64,000 bases of DNA, from assembly GCA_030141605.1 (NCBI GenBank), contig JAQGDQ010000015.1:806001-870000 (forward strand), written 5' to 3'. This document shows, one piece after another, positions 28,279-43,244 of this stretch. Each line of letters opens with the position of its first letter. The first letter of the stretch is position 1. Source of the stretch: Tubiluchus corallicola. Lineage: Eukaryota > Animalia > Priapulida. The notes under the pieces are model-generated. The model was not told the origin of the DNA. It saw nothing but the letters and a program-made list of their open reading frames with translations, and ran no database searches. A program made the position numbers and the translations under genes.

Positions 28279-30508
28279 ATGCAAAGCAAACAATCGTACG
28301 AGTACAAAATTAGTATTACTAAAATTTAATGTTCTTTTAAAATTAAGGAAATGATTAAAACTTTCCATAAAATATTTGGAAGTTAATAGTTACTAAACTC
28401 TGTTTACACAGCTTCCGTTAACAAAGTTTACTGGGGACCGTTGAAATAAGAGAATTACACATCACAATCTAAAATATCAGAATGTGTGGGGAACCTACAT
28501 AAAAAATATATAAAAAAATTTAATGTGCTTCCAGAATAAATTAAAGTAATTCGGAACTTAACGGCTAACAAACTGTACAACCATTATCTCTTTCCGCTTA
28601 AATTAATAAAAAAATTGATTTATTTCCTGTTGTTTTCGAAATAAATTATCATTTCTTATACTATGTGGATTCAACTTGACAACAATTTTGCACGATTTAA
28701 AACGTCTTATTGAAGTTCAGTTATTTTAATTACTTAAACTGTTGTTTCCGTGTTACGGCATCAGTTTTTCTCTATTGTAGAATTTTAAAATTTACTTTGG
28801 CAGCAAAAAACCTAATGTTGTAATATACAAAGCAACAGTTTCATCAAAAAACAAAGAAACTGGGGATGATCAGTAACTGAAGTATTGTAGCTACAGCCAA
28901 TCATCACCGCCACAGCGCCTCGAAATCGCGTGTAAAATAAACTGTTTAAAAAATAACAGAATGATTATATTAAAATTTTAGCTTACCATTGTAATTAAAT
29001 TTTCCAGCACAGCGCACATTTCTGCCACTCTAGTTCATTACTCCATAGTCATTTGAATATATATTTTATCTCATATATGAAGTAGTGAACATACAAATTG
29101 AATTAAATTTACGATTAAAGACATTTCGGCAATAGTAGTTCGGCAATGTTCGGCGCCAACCAAGTTCACGTCTTGGTTAAATCAAAGATTGACAATAATT
29201 TTACGACGTCTTTTATGCCTACTGTAATTAATTGCAAATGAAGAAAACTGACTTGGAAATAATGTCAAAAGCTGAGTTCTTAAATTTCAAAACTATTAAA
29301 CTTTACAAACACACATTCCACGCTCACGCATACACAAGATTCTAACCCTGATTAAAGAGCCAGGAAGAATAGTTTTATGGCTTTAATGATTTAATTTATA
29401 GTTTTGCAAAACCACGGAATACAGTTTATTATAAAAGTGCAGTAAAATCAATAATTTACGAGGAAACTCCAAACTTATTTTGATTGAACTTTTATCATTG
29501 CGTCTGGACACAATTTTTAATCAAACAGTTATTTTAAATGTTATCACCTAAGTAATTTTTTGAATTATATATATGTATATAACTTAATAATGATATATAT
29601 ATATATATATATATAATTAGTGTTTTGAGATAATTTAAAAAAATGGTAATTAGGAAAAAGAAATTAGTCCAAAGAAGATAGCAGTTAGCCCAATTATAGG
29701 CCTGCTATACTTGTTTAGACATATTTAGGCACATCGCAATCACGTCTAAAATAATTATGTGAGGTGTCCACATAACAAACAACAAGTCAACAAACATTAG
29801 TTACTAAAGTACCACAGACGCTTGGTAAGAGTGACTTCCCAGCAAAAAATACGAGCAGATATTACCGGGGTTTGTTTGGTTATAAATCTGTAATTGGCTC
29901 CTGTAGTATTGCGATTAGGCAGTTGACATCGGATCTTAAATTGTATAATGTTGTTGTCAATTTGTTATAAATTAAAATCTCTTTATTTGTTTTTTTTTGT
30001 TAAATCCTTGATGATGATCAGTTTTTGATCAAACGCGTTTGACAATAAATTTTGAATATCTTTAACTTTTTATCCGACATTTTAGTTTAGATTAAAGATT
30101 TTAAGAACACCTGGTGTACGGAAACCTGGTTCATGTTTAGTTGTGCAAATGTATTGACGAATGTCTTCACGCTTTATATCAATATCACTGGGTTCCATAT
30201 GCATGGAGCAAATTAACATTAAAAATATCTATCTTTCTACTTTTCTTTTCCCTTCTCTATTTCTTAATTCTCTCTTACTCTGTGTTTCCCCTCTCTCTTT
30301 CTCCTTCTCTCACACACTCTCTATTTCTCTCGTTGTTCATTCATTCATCTTCAGTCATTTGTCTACTTGTCTGTTTACATGGTTACGAAATGAAATTGTA
30401 TAGTTTCAAATAATAAAAGTTCATGCTTTTGTCACTCTGGTAAAGACGTAAAGTGAATCTATTCGCCTAATGGCGTTAGTGCTACACGAAGCAAAATTTT
30501 CTTCTTAC

Positions 30509-31457
30509 CTGTATGTGTCCTCTTGTGTATCTTCAGATTTTCACTTCGTGCAAACACCTTGCCGCACCCAGGAAACGGACACGGAAACGGTTTTTCTCCT
30601 GTGTGAACACGTATGTGGTTAACGAGTTTATATTTGGCCTTAAATGGCCGTCCATCCCGCGCACAGTTCAACCAGAAGCACGCGTGTGTGGTGCACTCAG
30701 GACCTCCAACATGTTCAACAGTAATATGTGTCACTATTTCATGCATACTTGTAAATGTTTTGTTACATGGTTTTTTGGGACTAGCTTGGTCTGGTTCCAC
30801 CCACAGACAGGATAATTCCTGCTTTATCGGCTGCCGCATGTACCGGAAGAAGGCACCCGGTGCCGGATGGGCCATGTTCATCGGATGGTTCATCATGTTC
30901 ATGTGGTGGTTGGTGAACGGATCGCTCCGTGGGCTGGTCATCTGTCCGAACTGGTCCGGCCTGGAATACATGTCATGATGCCCACCAATGCCCAATTTGT
31001 GTCCCTGAGCCGGGTCAGCCAGACCTGGGAAGAGGACATGACTGGAAGCGTTGTCCTGTGGATGATGGTGAAGACTAGTAGCGGTTGATGGGACGAACAT
31101 TCCATGGTGTCCATTTGACGGTTCATGAGCAGGTAACATGTGATGGTCCCGTCGGAGAAGGAAGTCTCGAGCGGTGTACGTTCCAACATGTCCATGATGT
31201 GAGTAACCGTTCGGCTGCGGCGGAAACTGGTGCGTTGTCGCATCGTGATTCTGAGGACTTAATTTAAACGCTCCCATGTGAGCGTGCGAAGTGTCCATAA
31301 ACGGGTTGATTACATCAGTCGTTTGCTCGCTGCTGTGGTGAAGTCCAAAGCCGTGCATGTTATTGTGGTGCCCGTGGTGGGGATCCATTAGCCGTAATGC
31401 TGGATTCCTTTTTCCCAGCGTATGGTCCATAATCGGCGCAGTGAGAGCCTCTGTCAT
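30509..31457 (-). CDS. Zic: Zic/odd-paired family zinc finger transcription factor, coding exon 1 (His-rich N-terminus, ZOC motif, ZF-NC, zinc fingers 1-3)
   Basis: First ATG at 31457 ([10 protein letters not shown]...); the ORF track's TTG start at 31496 is probably 5'UTR. Contains ZOC-like [29 protein letters not shown] and Zic fingers (CLWVEP...HITVEH; CFWLNC...[44 protein letters not shown]). Ends HT-G|GTAAG, with a phase-1 donor GT at 30508-30507. Confidence 0.97.
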
Positions 31458-31539
31458 GTTCGCACTAGTTTCTGACTGAGCCAAATAAACTTGCAAGCCA
31501 CAAGCTGTCTTTTACTATTCGCTGAAAACAGAGGTTTGT

Positions 31540-31645
31540 TAGCTACCGCAGCATGACTGGCCACGAAAGGGTAATTATCTCGCGAAGCGATTGGCTCCCC
31601 GCAGATGATTGGCAGGCCGAGGTGTTTAGTCGCGCATGCGTTGTT
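31540..31645 (-). promoter_or_regulatory. Probable Zic proximal promoter
   Basis: GC-richer patch 100-190 bp upstream of the ATG, with two CCAAT boxes on the minus strand (ATTGG at 31590-31594 and 31608-31612), TCTCGCGA at 31578-31585 and NRF1-like CGCGCATGCG at 31631-31640. Confidence 0.55.
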
Positions 31646-34600
31646 GAATACTTGTGAATATGTTAGTAATGTTTCAACTACAACATGTCAAACGCCCGCT
31701 GAGAATGTCTTGTTTTTTGAGGTGAAATACGCGGGTTTCAATACTTTTTGTAAATGAGACGGAAAGGCCTGTTGATTTATAAGCTGGCTGAACAAAAATC
31801 CAGTAAATCTGCACTTTCTAGTACAGTCTACGCTAGCTGAAATGAAGGCGTTTTGCTATTAACTCACTAACATCACTGCTATACTGTTCCAACAATCACA
31901 GTTGAAACACCAACAGGTGCTGTCCGCCTAATTCACTGCTGTCATCTCTGACCATTTCTTCTCTTTTGTGGCTCGGTTAGTGCTCAAGACGTAGAATAAA
32001 CTCACCCAAGCAACCGCACATCAAATTTCGACATTTCTCCAAGTCAAAGAATTCAGATTGGACGTCAGTAATAGATTTTAGCCTCCAGCCACGAAGGCTA
32101 GAATCACATGAAACTGCGCAACTCTTCGAACAGACCACTGAGAGTTTAACAGTTTTTTCACCACATTTGCAGTTTGAAATTTCAGTCACTAACGCAGTAA
32201 ATTAAAACTTTGAGATGCAAAGCTGCGCCAATGTTTCATTCATAAATACATACACATGAGTAACATGAGATATGGGTCTGCCGCAGGCGTCAAGAGGAAA
32301 GCAGAAAATTCAAACCTGCCAATCAATTATAGCTAAACTGGTATAAAACCACAAAAGTAAATTTTTTTAATTATAATTTAGTTTTTCCACTAACAAGGGT
32401 ATGCAAATGATTCGTTAATGCTTTCACGTTTGTTAGTTTCTCTTCTTTCCTCTCTTAGGGTAATTATGCGTTTCTTCTGTCGAAACTAATAATTTAAACG
32501 TTACCCTATGGTTTTAAATATTCCTATATCTAGGCAGTAGTAAAAAAAACTTAACGCAGTTCTACTTTATGTAAAATTAGTGATGTATTATTCATTAAAC
32601 TGGCAAAACATGCGAGTATCCAGCAGTTGAACACAAGCTTACGCACTCACTCAATAAGTTGGTCAAGAAATACAGGGTTGGGTTTTGACCGCCTTTCTTA
32701 ATGCGTCCATTTTGCTGCTTTTTGCTGGAAACAAAAGAACGAGTATATTTATAGGTGCTTACTTTAGCTGAACACAAGGCTATGCTCACAATTAGAAGAT
32801 TGGCCGATGACATAATGGGATAAGAATTAGACAAGGCGAAAACAAAAAGTGCCTAAGTACTTTGCGCGTACCACCCGTGGACCCAGCATGCTCTAACAAA
32901 TGCATACACTGGCCCTAATTACCAGATTTGAGCTGAAGAATTGGGACCACCATTATGCGCTGGGGAGGAGTTGTCGGGTGCAGATTTATCAACCATCGCC
33001 ATCTCTAAAGTAAACCTGAGAGGGGGAGGTCCCCTCGCAACGGCTCACGATCAATTGTTAGGGTGCCACCCACCTAGCAGAGTTACTCTTACTTTGACAG
33101 CAGATCTTGGCGATAAACTCGCTAGAAAATTGTTGAGCACTTTCGAACATTAAGCTGACAAAAGAGTTTTAGAAGCTACAAAAAATCTTGAGCTAGCTCA
33201 AGGGTGAAACTTGGTGTAAATTTTCCTGCCAGGAGAGCATTTTTCTAAAATATAGTGATAAAAGAAAATGAACAACATCATCAAGTTTCCGTTAATGGTT
33301 AATTAAGCAGGCCAATAACATTTTATAAAGTATTTATTTTTAGGCTATTGTTTTTACAAAGAACAAGTTAAAAAATAGAATGGTAGCTTATTTCAGAGAG
33401 AGTCATTGATACATTCAACTTATTTGAGATAAGAGTTTAACGAGAGCCTAACACGCATGTATTTTAAAACTTGTAAATACGGGTTTCAGCTATGTATTAG
33501 ACACATTAATTAGTTTTGAATTTTGAATGCCTTGGGCTTTACTAGTACCAACCATTTTTCGGTTTTTCTGTTAGTTCGGGTGAACGGTACATGCGACAAC
33601 GTACATAATTTTACATGCCATTGGGTTAAACTAGAGATAAAAGACGTGTTTAGATAACCTTGAGGCAGACTTTATGACTAAGTGACACATAAAATTGATT
33701 TATTTTACCGGCTTGATGGAGAGAATTTGAAAGACAAATTCTCGAGTAAAAGACTTTAATGGCGGTTCACAATTCAACAGCTACCGGTTTCATAACTCAA
33801 TTACTATCTTCTAGAACGTCGTCACTGAAAACCAAAAGAGAACTAAAATAATGACTGCTCTTTTTCTGCCAATAAATAGTATTTATTTTGTGCAGGAGAC
33901 CAAAAGTCACTTCTGAGAAATAAAAAATACAAACTTGCACAGTCGCATAATTCAGATTTACACCACTGTATGCAATTATAATAGCTGACAATTATCAGCT
34001 GTAAAGTTGGGTTAATAAAACGACGCTTCCTAATGAGAGCACTTGTGTAAACCGGACAGGACATTCGAGTCAAGTGTCCATATGGATTAGATCTTGACAC
34101 AGCGTAACACTTTCACCACGTGCCTTACAGGCGCGCAGTCTTTGTGCTCAACATTTTATGACTGGGATAATGAGTTTGGTAATGTGTCGAGTGGACAATG
34201 TCCAGCCGTTTAGTACCCACACGCTCAGGGAATGCCGCAATAGTCAATCTATTGATTTTCGTGTGTTAAGTAACTTATCCATGTTATGCATGTATAGCTG
34301 TATAAATATAATATTGACTAAATTACTGGTATTCGTTGGGTTATACTAGTGTCGAACTTCTCCGCATGCCTGCTAGAAGATGCATAAAAACAACGCCATT
34401 TATTACCCATGACTTGGGATAGATGTACTATATCAACGTATGTTTAACTTGATTGGTGATATCCTAGCTATCAAAATGTTCACGTAAACTTACTTTTACG
34501 AATCTATGCTTCGATTTGTTAAAAAGTTGTCGTATGATTTAGGAATTACATTTAGGAATTATGCATAGGGTTATAAAAACTGATTTACTTGTGTTTTTTT

Positions 34601-35439
34601 CAAAAGTTTATTTATCTCCAAAACAATGTTCATAAGACAATTACAACAGATTGTGTAAAGTTTGTAGAGATGGGGTGGCGAAAGACCACGAGGTCATCAA
34701 ATCAGTTCCTATAAAACTTAAGAATATTTTAAAGGATTGCAGAGTACATGGTTAAGCAGAAAATGTGCAGTTAGATCTTAAATGTTTTCGTTTTGTTTTC
34801 TCTTGAACTTTTTCGTTTAGCTTTATATTATTTTACAGCTTTCCTTAGTTTTAAATTGTTTTTATCTTACGTAGTTTATTTTATTTCTTTTCATTTTGCA
34901 ATACTCCACCAGATTGTTTTGTTTTATTTTGTTTGCAGTTATTTTACTCTACTTCATTTTATTCTGTTCTGTTCTATTTTATTTCACGTTGTTTCATTTT
35001 CTCTTATCGGTTAGCATGTAGAACTAAAATGCCTTAATAATTATTCCTCTTTTATTTTAAGCGCATAGTTACAGCACTCGGTTGTTCTAAGATTAAGGTC
35101 ATAATGCTGGATTATATGACAGTTTACTATGATCAAGATGTCATGATTGCGTCACCAGCACAGATGAGTAGATTATCCTTACAGATTTGGATGGTTTGGG
35201 TTTCATTTGAACAGGTCGCACATGTGTCGTTCTTGCACAATACGAGGTTTGTCCTGCTGAGCTGGTTTAACCCTTCCTCCGTGTGAAACTTGAAGATGTT
35301 TGTGACGTAACGTGTGACCACCACCCAATTTCGACCACCCAGGCCAGGCCCTGGTTAGCTAAAAATCTCGAATTTTGGTCTGTGCCATGAAAATCTGCTG
35401 ATTGCCAAAAATTTATGTGATCTTTCTATAAGTATTGTC

Positions 35440-35936
<497 letters not shown>

Positions 35937-38900
35937 GCCTTTAACATGAAAGACCAAAAATAAGGAATAAACACAACTATTATATTGGAAATATAACTAT
36001 TACGCATAGTAAATCAAAGAAAAAGCATGTTCGCTCCTTTAAATGCATTGGGCTCCAGAACTGAGGATTAAACTGAGTACTGGCGTGGCTACATGACTTT
36101 CCTTAGCCAGCCGTGCAGCGTGTAGCTTGCATTAGAAACTTGCATACACCAATCTATTGCATAAATAAACCATTAAACACATACTGCCGTGCTTTGTGAC
36201 AAAACATGAGGCAGATCCACGTTAAGGTGTTAAACCTAGTGACCGTCGATCCTAAAGTCGCAACATTGTCTATTTCGCAAGTCGCAATCGTGGAAATCTT
36301 TCCTTTGCTCTTAATAGTTCTGGCACACTGACAGCCTTTTTCTACCCTCCGCTAAATCCATGGTGCATTTATGACAAATGCTTAAGAGGTAATGTAAGTA
36401 ACAACAACTCAGCATTATTTTGCGTTGCCATTACAACATGGACGTACTTTGAAAATTTTTATAGCTTGCAAAGGGAGACAGTTGGATATCATAATTTGGT
36501 TACGCCCCCGCAAATAAACTGCTGCCACCTATCACAACATTTCTCTGGTACGGCCACACAAGTTTTCCTCCTCTTCCTGCTGCTAAGCAGCCGTAAGCCA
36601 ACAATAACAATCAAAAGCGATTCTTATCTTCATCACAAACCACATTAAATTATGAGAAGATGTTGCGATTATCTGCAGGAGTACCGCCTCTTCTGCGCAA
36701 TAACAAGACAATACTTCAATACTAAAAAAAATAAACGCCACACACCTCCCGCAAAACGCTGTAAAAACATGTATCTAATATACCGTCCGCTAATAAAGCG
36801 AATATTGGAAGGGAAGCCTTATGGTACCATGAGCAATGTACAACATGAGCTTTTATTGGCTGTTGCCTGTTGGTAGCAGGAGCAATGTGCAACGTGGGAT
36901 ATCTATATTGGCTTTTAATATTCCTGAAGTCTGGTTTTTCTAAAAGTTAAAATGGCTGTACAGATCAGCAAACAAAAACTATCATTGTTTTTTAACTTAA
37001 TGAAAGGAACTAATAAAACCCGTAGGGAACAACGAAAAGTCAGGCCTTTCAGACTAAGCAGTAACTGAGTGAGTGATCTATGGAGTTAGTCAGGCAAAAG
37101 AATGCAATAAACGTTATTTTGGAATCTGAGTTGACGTGTCGGGTGATCGAAAGCTAAAGAAATTGATTAACTATACTTTTCTCACAAACGTTTTCTTTAT
37201 GTCGATCTTGTACAAACGATATCTATGCGCCAAGCCACAGGAGTGTAAGTGTCACGGCATTGAACATTCAAAATGGAAAATACAGGGCATTTCAAAAGAA
37301 ATAGTACACAAAAATGTTGTAAACATCTCACTATTACATCACACAATGTCGAGTAACTGTGGATATACTAAGTCACATCCTAGGAAAATTGGAACATTGG
37401 AGTAAAATGTTATCTTTTTTTACGTCATTATGATGTCATACTTCAACAGTTCAAGTTTATTTTGTCATATTTCTGCTTTACCGTTTCTTCTGAAACGCCC
37501 TTGCAGGTATTTTCTTTTTCTCCCCCGATTTCTGTGTTTTTATTCAAGTACTTTTATTTAGTCATAACTGCCTCAAAACAAGGCAATGAATTGTGTACAA
37601 TGTTTGCAATCACAAGCACACGGCTCCTAGGGATGCAAGCTTGTTTTCTCCGTAGGAGGCAGTGCAAACACTCACGGCGAAGACCACAAATCTAACATTT
37701 ACCACGAAGAAACTAGAACTCGATATTACCATCTGTGAACAATAAACTATGCAGTCTAGGAAGCTGCGTTACTAGGAGTTACCCCATGGGAGCCGTCAAG
37801 ATGAGAGTGCTGTAAACAAAAGTGTTTTCACAATAGCATCAACAGGAAAACATTGTTTTTCTCACGAACCACAATGACACAAAATCTTTTCTGGCCTCCA
37901 ACCCCTGTCGCTTTTCTTAAAGAACTGAGTTTTTTCTCAAATTCTCTGTCATTTTCTGTTGCTTCTCAGTTGTCTACTTGGGTAAGCGAATGACGGGTTT
38001 ATTGTATACCTATCTGTATGAATGCATGATTGGTTGGTTGATCGGACACCAGTGGACGGCTCGTTAGCTAGCTGACTAACTGGCAGAACTTTTACCCACT
38101 AAATGATTGACTGACTGGCCAAATAAACCTGAATAGCGACACTTGCTCACTGTGCTCTTTGGGTTCTGTACCTTCATCTTCTTTGCACTAGGCTGCTTTA
38201 GGCTGGGCTGAATTGGAATTTTCCAGCACAATGACTATTCGTTTGTTTATTAAGTTTTTTAATAAATAAAAAATACAACATGCCGTTTATATTTTACTAG
38301 TTGCACGAAAGATTAATAGCTCACATGAAAGACATAACTCCAACAAGCGCCCCTGCTGAAAAGTGTTGACAACAATTTACACAAGCAAAGATCAAAGGAT
38401 TGAAAAAGATACATGATCATGATCAAGTGTAATTGCTGCGTGCGAGTTGTAAAAATGAATTTAAGCAGAATGAAAGTGAAATAATTGAAATGGAGTTGAA
38501 TTTTAACTGAATTAAAACCATTTAAATTCGACTTATGTAGTACAAATTGGCGCGTAGCGAGGACGCATGGTGTGTGCCACTGTGGGCGGTTTCACCTTCT
38601 CACCCACCCAATGTAATCATTGTGGGCGATTAGACCAGGGCAGACTCGTTTTTTTCGGTCTATAAGGTTCTGATTCTGCTTACTTCCTAGCGGATATAGT
38701 TTGCAAAAGTATAAAAATTCAATATTCGTCGCTGTGTATCGCATACACGTCGAGCAGAACTTTAAAAAGACTGCTTAATTGACAAAAAAGTAAGAACAGA
38801 ACAATCTTACTTTTATCTTAGAGAAAAAGAGAGACGAGTGATTTTCGGGTGATTGCCATGTACTCATAGTATGTTAACATATATGCGTTGCGTATGCCAC

Positions 38901-40199
38901 CTCTAAAGCAAAAAAATGTTGGTCAGTTGGGGATTGTCCCGCACATGCTGTTTTCATCATTGAACATGTGTTTGTGCTATTAACATACTCCGTCAGTACG
39001 TCAACAATAAACAACAATTCCCAGTCTTCGAATGTACTTCCCGGCGTTTGCTTTTTTGAAACATCCACTAAAAATCCTCTGCCACCACTCGCAGGTAGAG
39101 GAATTGATATGGAATGCTAAGAAAAACATTGACAGTCTGTGGGTAAGGTAAAGATGGAGTTAAGGATGGGAAAAGGTTAAATTTTATTCTTTTACTGGTA
39201 ACGAACGAATTATACGCCGTGTGGTTATTAGACGGAAACTTGAAAGAAAATTTGTTTGAAATGCATTGAATGACCCAAAGTTAAAAGTCAGTTTACGGTC
39301 AAAAAAAAGAAAAATGGAATTATTGTTTAAAGCAGTTTAAATTTAAATATAATCAATGGCGCTGATTTTAACTGCATTGTTTATTTATGCCATCTACCCG
39401 CTTTGCTTGTACTGAAATTGTTTGTGGTTTGCCAACTCAAAATAAGGTTTTCAAGATAGGTTCATCAATTGGCTATTGATATATTTATCCAGTATTATGC
39501 AACTATGGCATATATAGAGTTAGGAGACGAAATCTGCTGAATCATTAATAGTACCACTGATAGTTATAGCAAATAACAGATGTCGAGTTTTAATTAGCAA
39601 TCGTACACTGAAACACCAGGTTCTAAGAAACTCACAAAACAGTGTAACTAATCAATTAATAATCTTGCAATTAATAATTATGATTAATTACTTGCACGCT
39701 TGCAAAAACAGAAAGAATTGTGAACTACTATAACTATATTTTTTTTTTCTATAAACGAGCTAAAACGTGACCTGTTCGCAAGGGGCCGAATGGTCTAAGG
39801 CATTAAACTAGTAATTTAAAGGTTTCTCTTTCAAGCTAATTTTAAACAAAGGTTCAAATTATTTTTTTCTGGCATATTTTTCTGTTTGGTCATATTTAAC
39901 CCAAAAATTGATGAATTAATTGTAAGCTTTCTCTAGCAATAATTAAATAATTACTTATCTCGTAATTAAGATTACATATAAGTAGTTACTTACCCATGGG
40001 CTTTTTTAAGCTCAAAATTAATTTAAAAATGATCTAATCTGTTAGAAATTACAGGTAATTTCTAACTAATTACATATACATACATATATACGTATGCTAT
40101 GACGTTCTCTTCGAGCTTTTTTATCTCCTAATGTAAATTTGTTTTTTAGTGTGACCTAACTTTTTTTAAATGAAGAACTTATTATTAACTAGACGCTTG

Positions 40200-40390
40200 G
40201 AATTTTTTTTTTGCTTTGCTATTAGTTGTCATGAAATTGAAAACGTCCAGCAAAATTTTTTTGTCACTCGTTTGCAAAGTAACTCTATAAAGCTGTTCTT
40301 GGTTTCGTTGTTTATGTAATGAATTTTCCTTATTCTAGATTTTCTTGAAAAAAAAACGGTTCGTGACAACGATAAATGGCTTTCTAAAAA
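40200..40390. repeat. Dispersed repeat family, copy B (internally shorter)
   Basis: Same two blocks as 15530-16070, but about 100 bp apart instead of about 450 bp. Confidence 0.6.
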
Positions 40391-41454
40391 TAAAGATTTT
40401 TAAAAAGCTTTTATAGATACATGAACGTGCTTTTTATTATTTGCGATTTTGCAATTTTTTTCAGAGAGATTTTCAGTTTTTACAAATAACTTACATTTAG
40501 GCGTATGTTGGCGTACATGCAGGAACGTTTTGAGTTTATATGAATGAGAAGCCAGGATTTTGCAATGAGCTAAAACATATGTTTGTGATTTGCACATTTG
40601 GCTAGGTTTAATATCGCAAACGTAGGTTTGTACAAATTGGGGACGAAGTCAAGCCCGTCTTATACACATGTTTACATGCGGGAATGTCTAAGTAGTGTTT
40701 AGGGAAATATCAGCGCATTTAATTTCATAAGATAAGATTTTGTTAGTAAAATTTGGCCTGCTATTTTAGTTCTCCACATAAGTTAAAGGAAATACAGCTA
40801 TGAGTACTATATCCACTGAGAAAAAATTCGGATGACGGCAAATGATGTTTGTTGCGAAGTTTAAACAGAGGAGAGAGTCAGTGCCAGTGTACAGTAGTAT
40901 CATGCACAGTAGTATCATTCCATGGCAGAAGAGCAGGACATGGTAAAGTTTAGAAAACTGTATGATCTACTCACGTGAGTGCACTTGCTTGCACTCTGCC
41001 AATGAAGCGCTAAAGCTTATAGTAGAGCAGATAAGTGACAGCGTAGCAGCTAGTGCTGGCGTGCACATCTTCAATAAATTTTTGGTTACAGATTATACTA
41101 ATTACTAGGCATTCAGTTGCGAGTGAACGTGAACCCAGTATAAAAAGTATTGTAAAGATCAGAAAAATTAAGTAAGAATGACATATGCCATTAATTACCT
41201 TCGTGCACTTCAGCACTGCAATCTCTGTATTCTTAACACCAGGGCTCTTTGGAAAATATATGCGTTTTAGGCGTTTAAGCTAAATTAAATCTGCTTTAAT
41301 TATTACCTGCAACGTAAAAAGATAATTACTGAGTCATGCCCAGTTAATTACTATTAATTAATTATTTATTAGACCAACTTATTAAAAAGTTTATATGGTG
41401 GATTTGTCTGACGAAAATACACAGTAAAAACATGTACTGAAGGTGAAGAGAAAG

Positions 41455-41566
<112 letters not shown>

Positions 41567-43244
41567 TACAAGAACAGAAAAAACGGCAGAGAACTTCTAA
41601 GAAACGGCTAAGTAATAAGCAGGTTTGCATTTCTCTACATGCCAGTCCAGATTGCTAACATTTGTTTTCACGACCTTCTCTCGATTTAAACAGTGTAGTT
41701 TGGATTAACCGGATTACCGCACGGATATAATTAATCTCGTCCAACGTGTATAAAATTAAAGTTTGATGTCGGTACAGAAAATCCGAGTTTTAAGTTGTAC
41801 ATTCCAGGCTGGCAACTGTATTTGTAGCCTGTACTTTTATGTATATTGTATATATTGTATGTGTATGTAAGGATATTGTGAAAAAGTTTGCCCACTTTTT
41901 ATTTTTCTATGTAAGACAGAAAAAACTAGGCGATTTTGTCCGAATTGAAAAAAGCAAAACAAAAACTTTCAATTTCTTTGTCGCTCATATATGAATTTAT
42001 AAATGCATTTTTTGCATCAACTAACATACACTAACATTTCAACAAAAAAGATGTGATACCAACATTACAATTTCTGTAGTTACGAAACGTGAGATGCAAT
42101 AAACAGTTTAAAAGGTAAATAAGTTAGTGTTAAAGGAAAGTCTTAGTTTTTAGCAGTCTTTTAACAACATTTTCGTATTAGTGGTAGTGTGAAAATTAAA
42201 TATCATTGCTGTCACGTAATACAGCTGTGCCATATACAGAATTAATTATTATCTTAAAACTACTTATGTTATTCTGACCTATAGAAAATTTAAATTTCTC
42301 TTACTCAGGCATAATAACAATAGTAAGTACAAACTGTTTCAGTTTTTTTCTACATGTTAGATCTCAAGTCATCATAAAAGCTGATTTTTTGCATAAGGCT
42401 GGCCGACATGTCTAAAAATTTATTTCTTTTAAGTCATTTTTTTTATAAATTTACTATGTGAGAAAAAATATAGAAATGTATTTTTTACAATTATTTAATC
42501 CAAAGTACCGTCTCCTGTAAGAAGGAGTACTAAATGAAATAGAAAAGTGCTGTTGCACTCAGTCAGTCAAATAGTCAATCAGTCAGTCAGGGAGACAGCA
42601 AGAAAACCGACCAACCAACCAGCCAACCAACCAACAAACCTACATACCACAATACCAAAGAGCAAACCAACCATCCAAAAAAGAATAAATGAACAATTAA
42701 ATAAACCAACGAACGAATGAATGAATGAACGAATGAGTGAATGAATTTTTCACATGCTGGCAGCTTGAGCACAAACGTAGGACGCAGACATCTCTTACTT
42801 TTTGGCTAACTGACATGGATGTCATTTTTGGCTTTTAGCAAGCCCTGTCTTCTGCCTATCCCATACAACAGTCACTAGCAATGTTTCGAACATGTCCTGT
42901 TAATTTGGCCGTATGTTTGGACACCGGTCAAGGGTGTTTATAAAAGCGTCATTTGACTCGTCAATGTGCTTATTTACGTTGTTAGAGTTGATTGCATCCG
43001 TCGACATAGCTTTATTGAGGTCTTAAAAACATTGTCAGAAGAGCAACTTAGACCAATAAAGGTTTTATAATAAGAGGCAATATAAGTTGAATGAATGTGA
43101 AATCTTTTAAGGAACATTCACGTAAATGTTTCTTTTGCTTACAAAGTCCAAATGAAATGACCGCAAGACTACTTTGCCCCAGCAATGGTGACTAGATGCT
43201 ACAGTCGCAGACTCATTTTGGTTAAGGTGCACCTTTTCTCTGTT

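Larger units (their letters stand above)
17459..30508 (-). other. Zic: Zic intron (13,050 bp, GT-AG, phase 1, in the ZF3-ZF4 TGEKP linker)
   Basis: Canonical GTAAG donor and TTTTCCAG acceptor restore the HTGEKP linker. The position matches the intron known to be shared by bilaterian Zic genes. Confidence 0.93.

Noticed and set aside
30459-30508. ORF-track tail [15 protein letters not shown] of the Zic exon 1 ORF
   Set aside because: Intronic run-on past the GTAAG donor.
30513-31267. Antisense and alternate-frame ORFs over Zic exon 1
   Set aside because: Expected shadows of a GC-richer coding exon.
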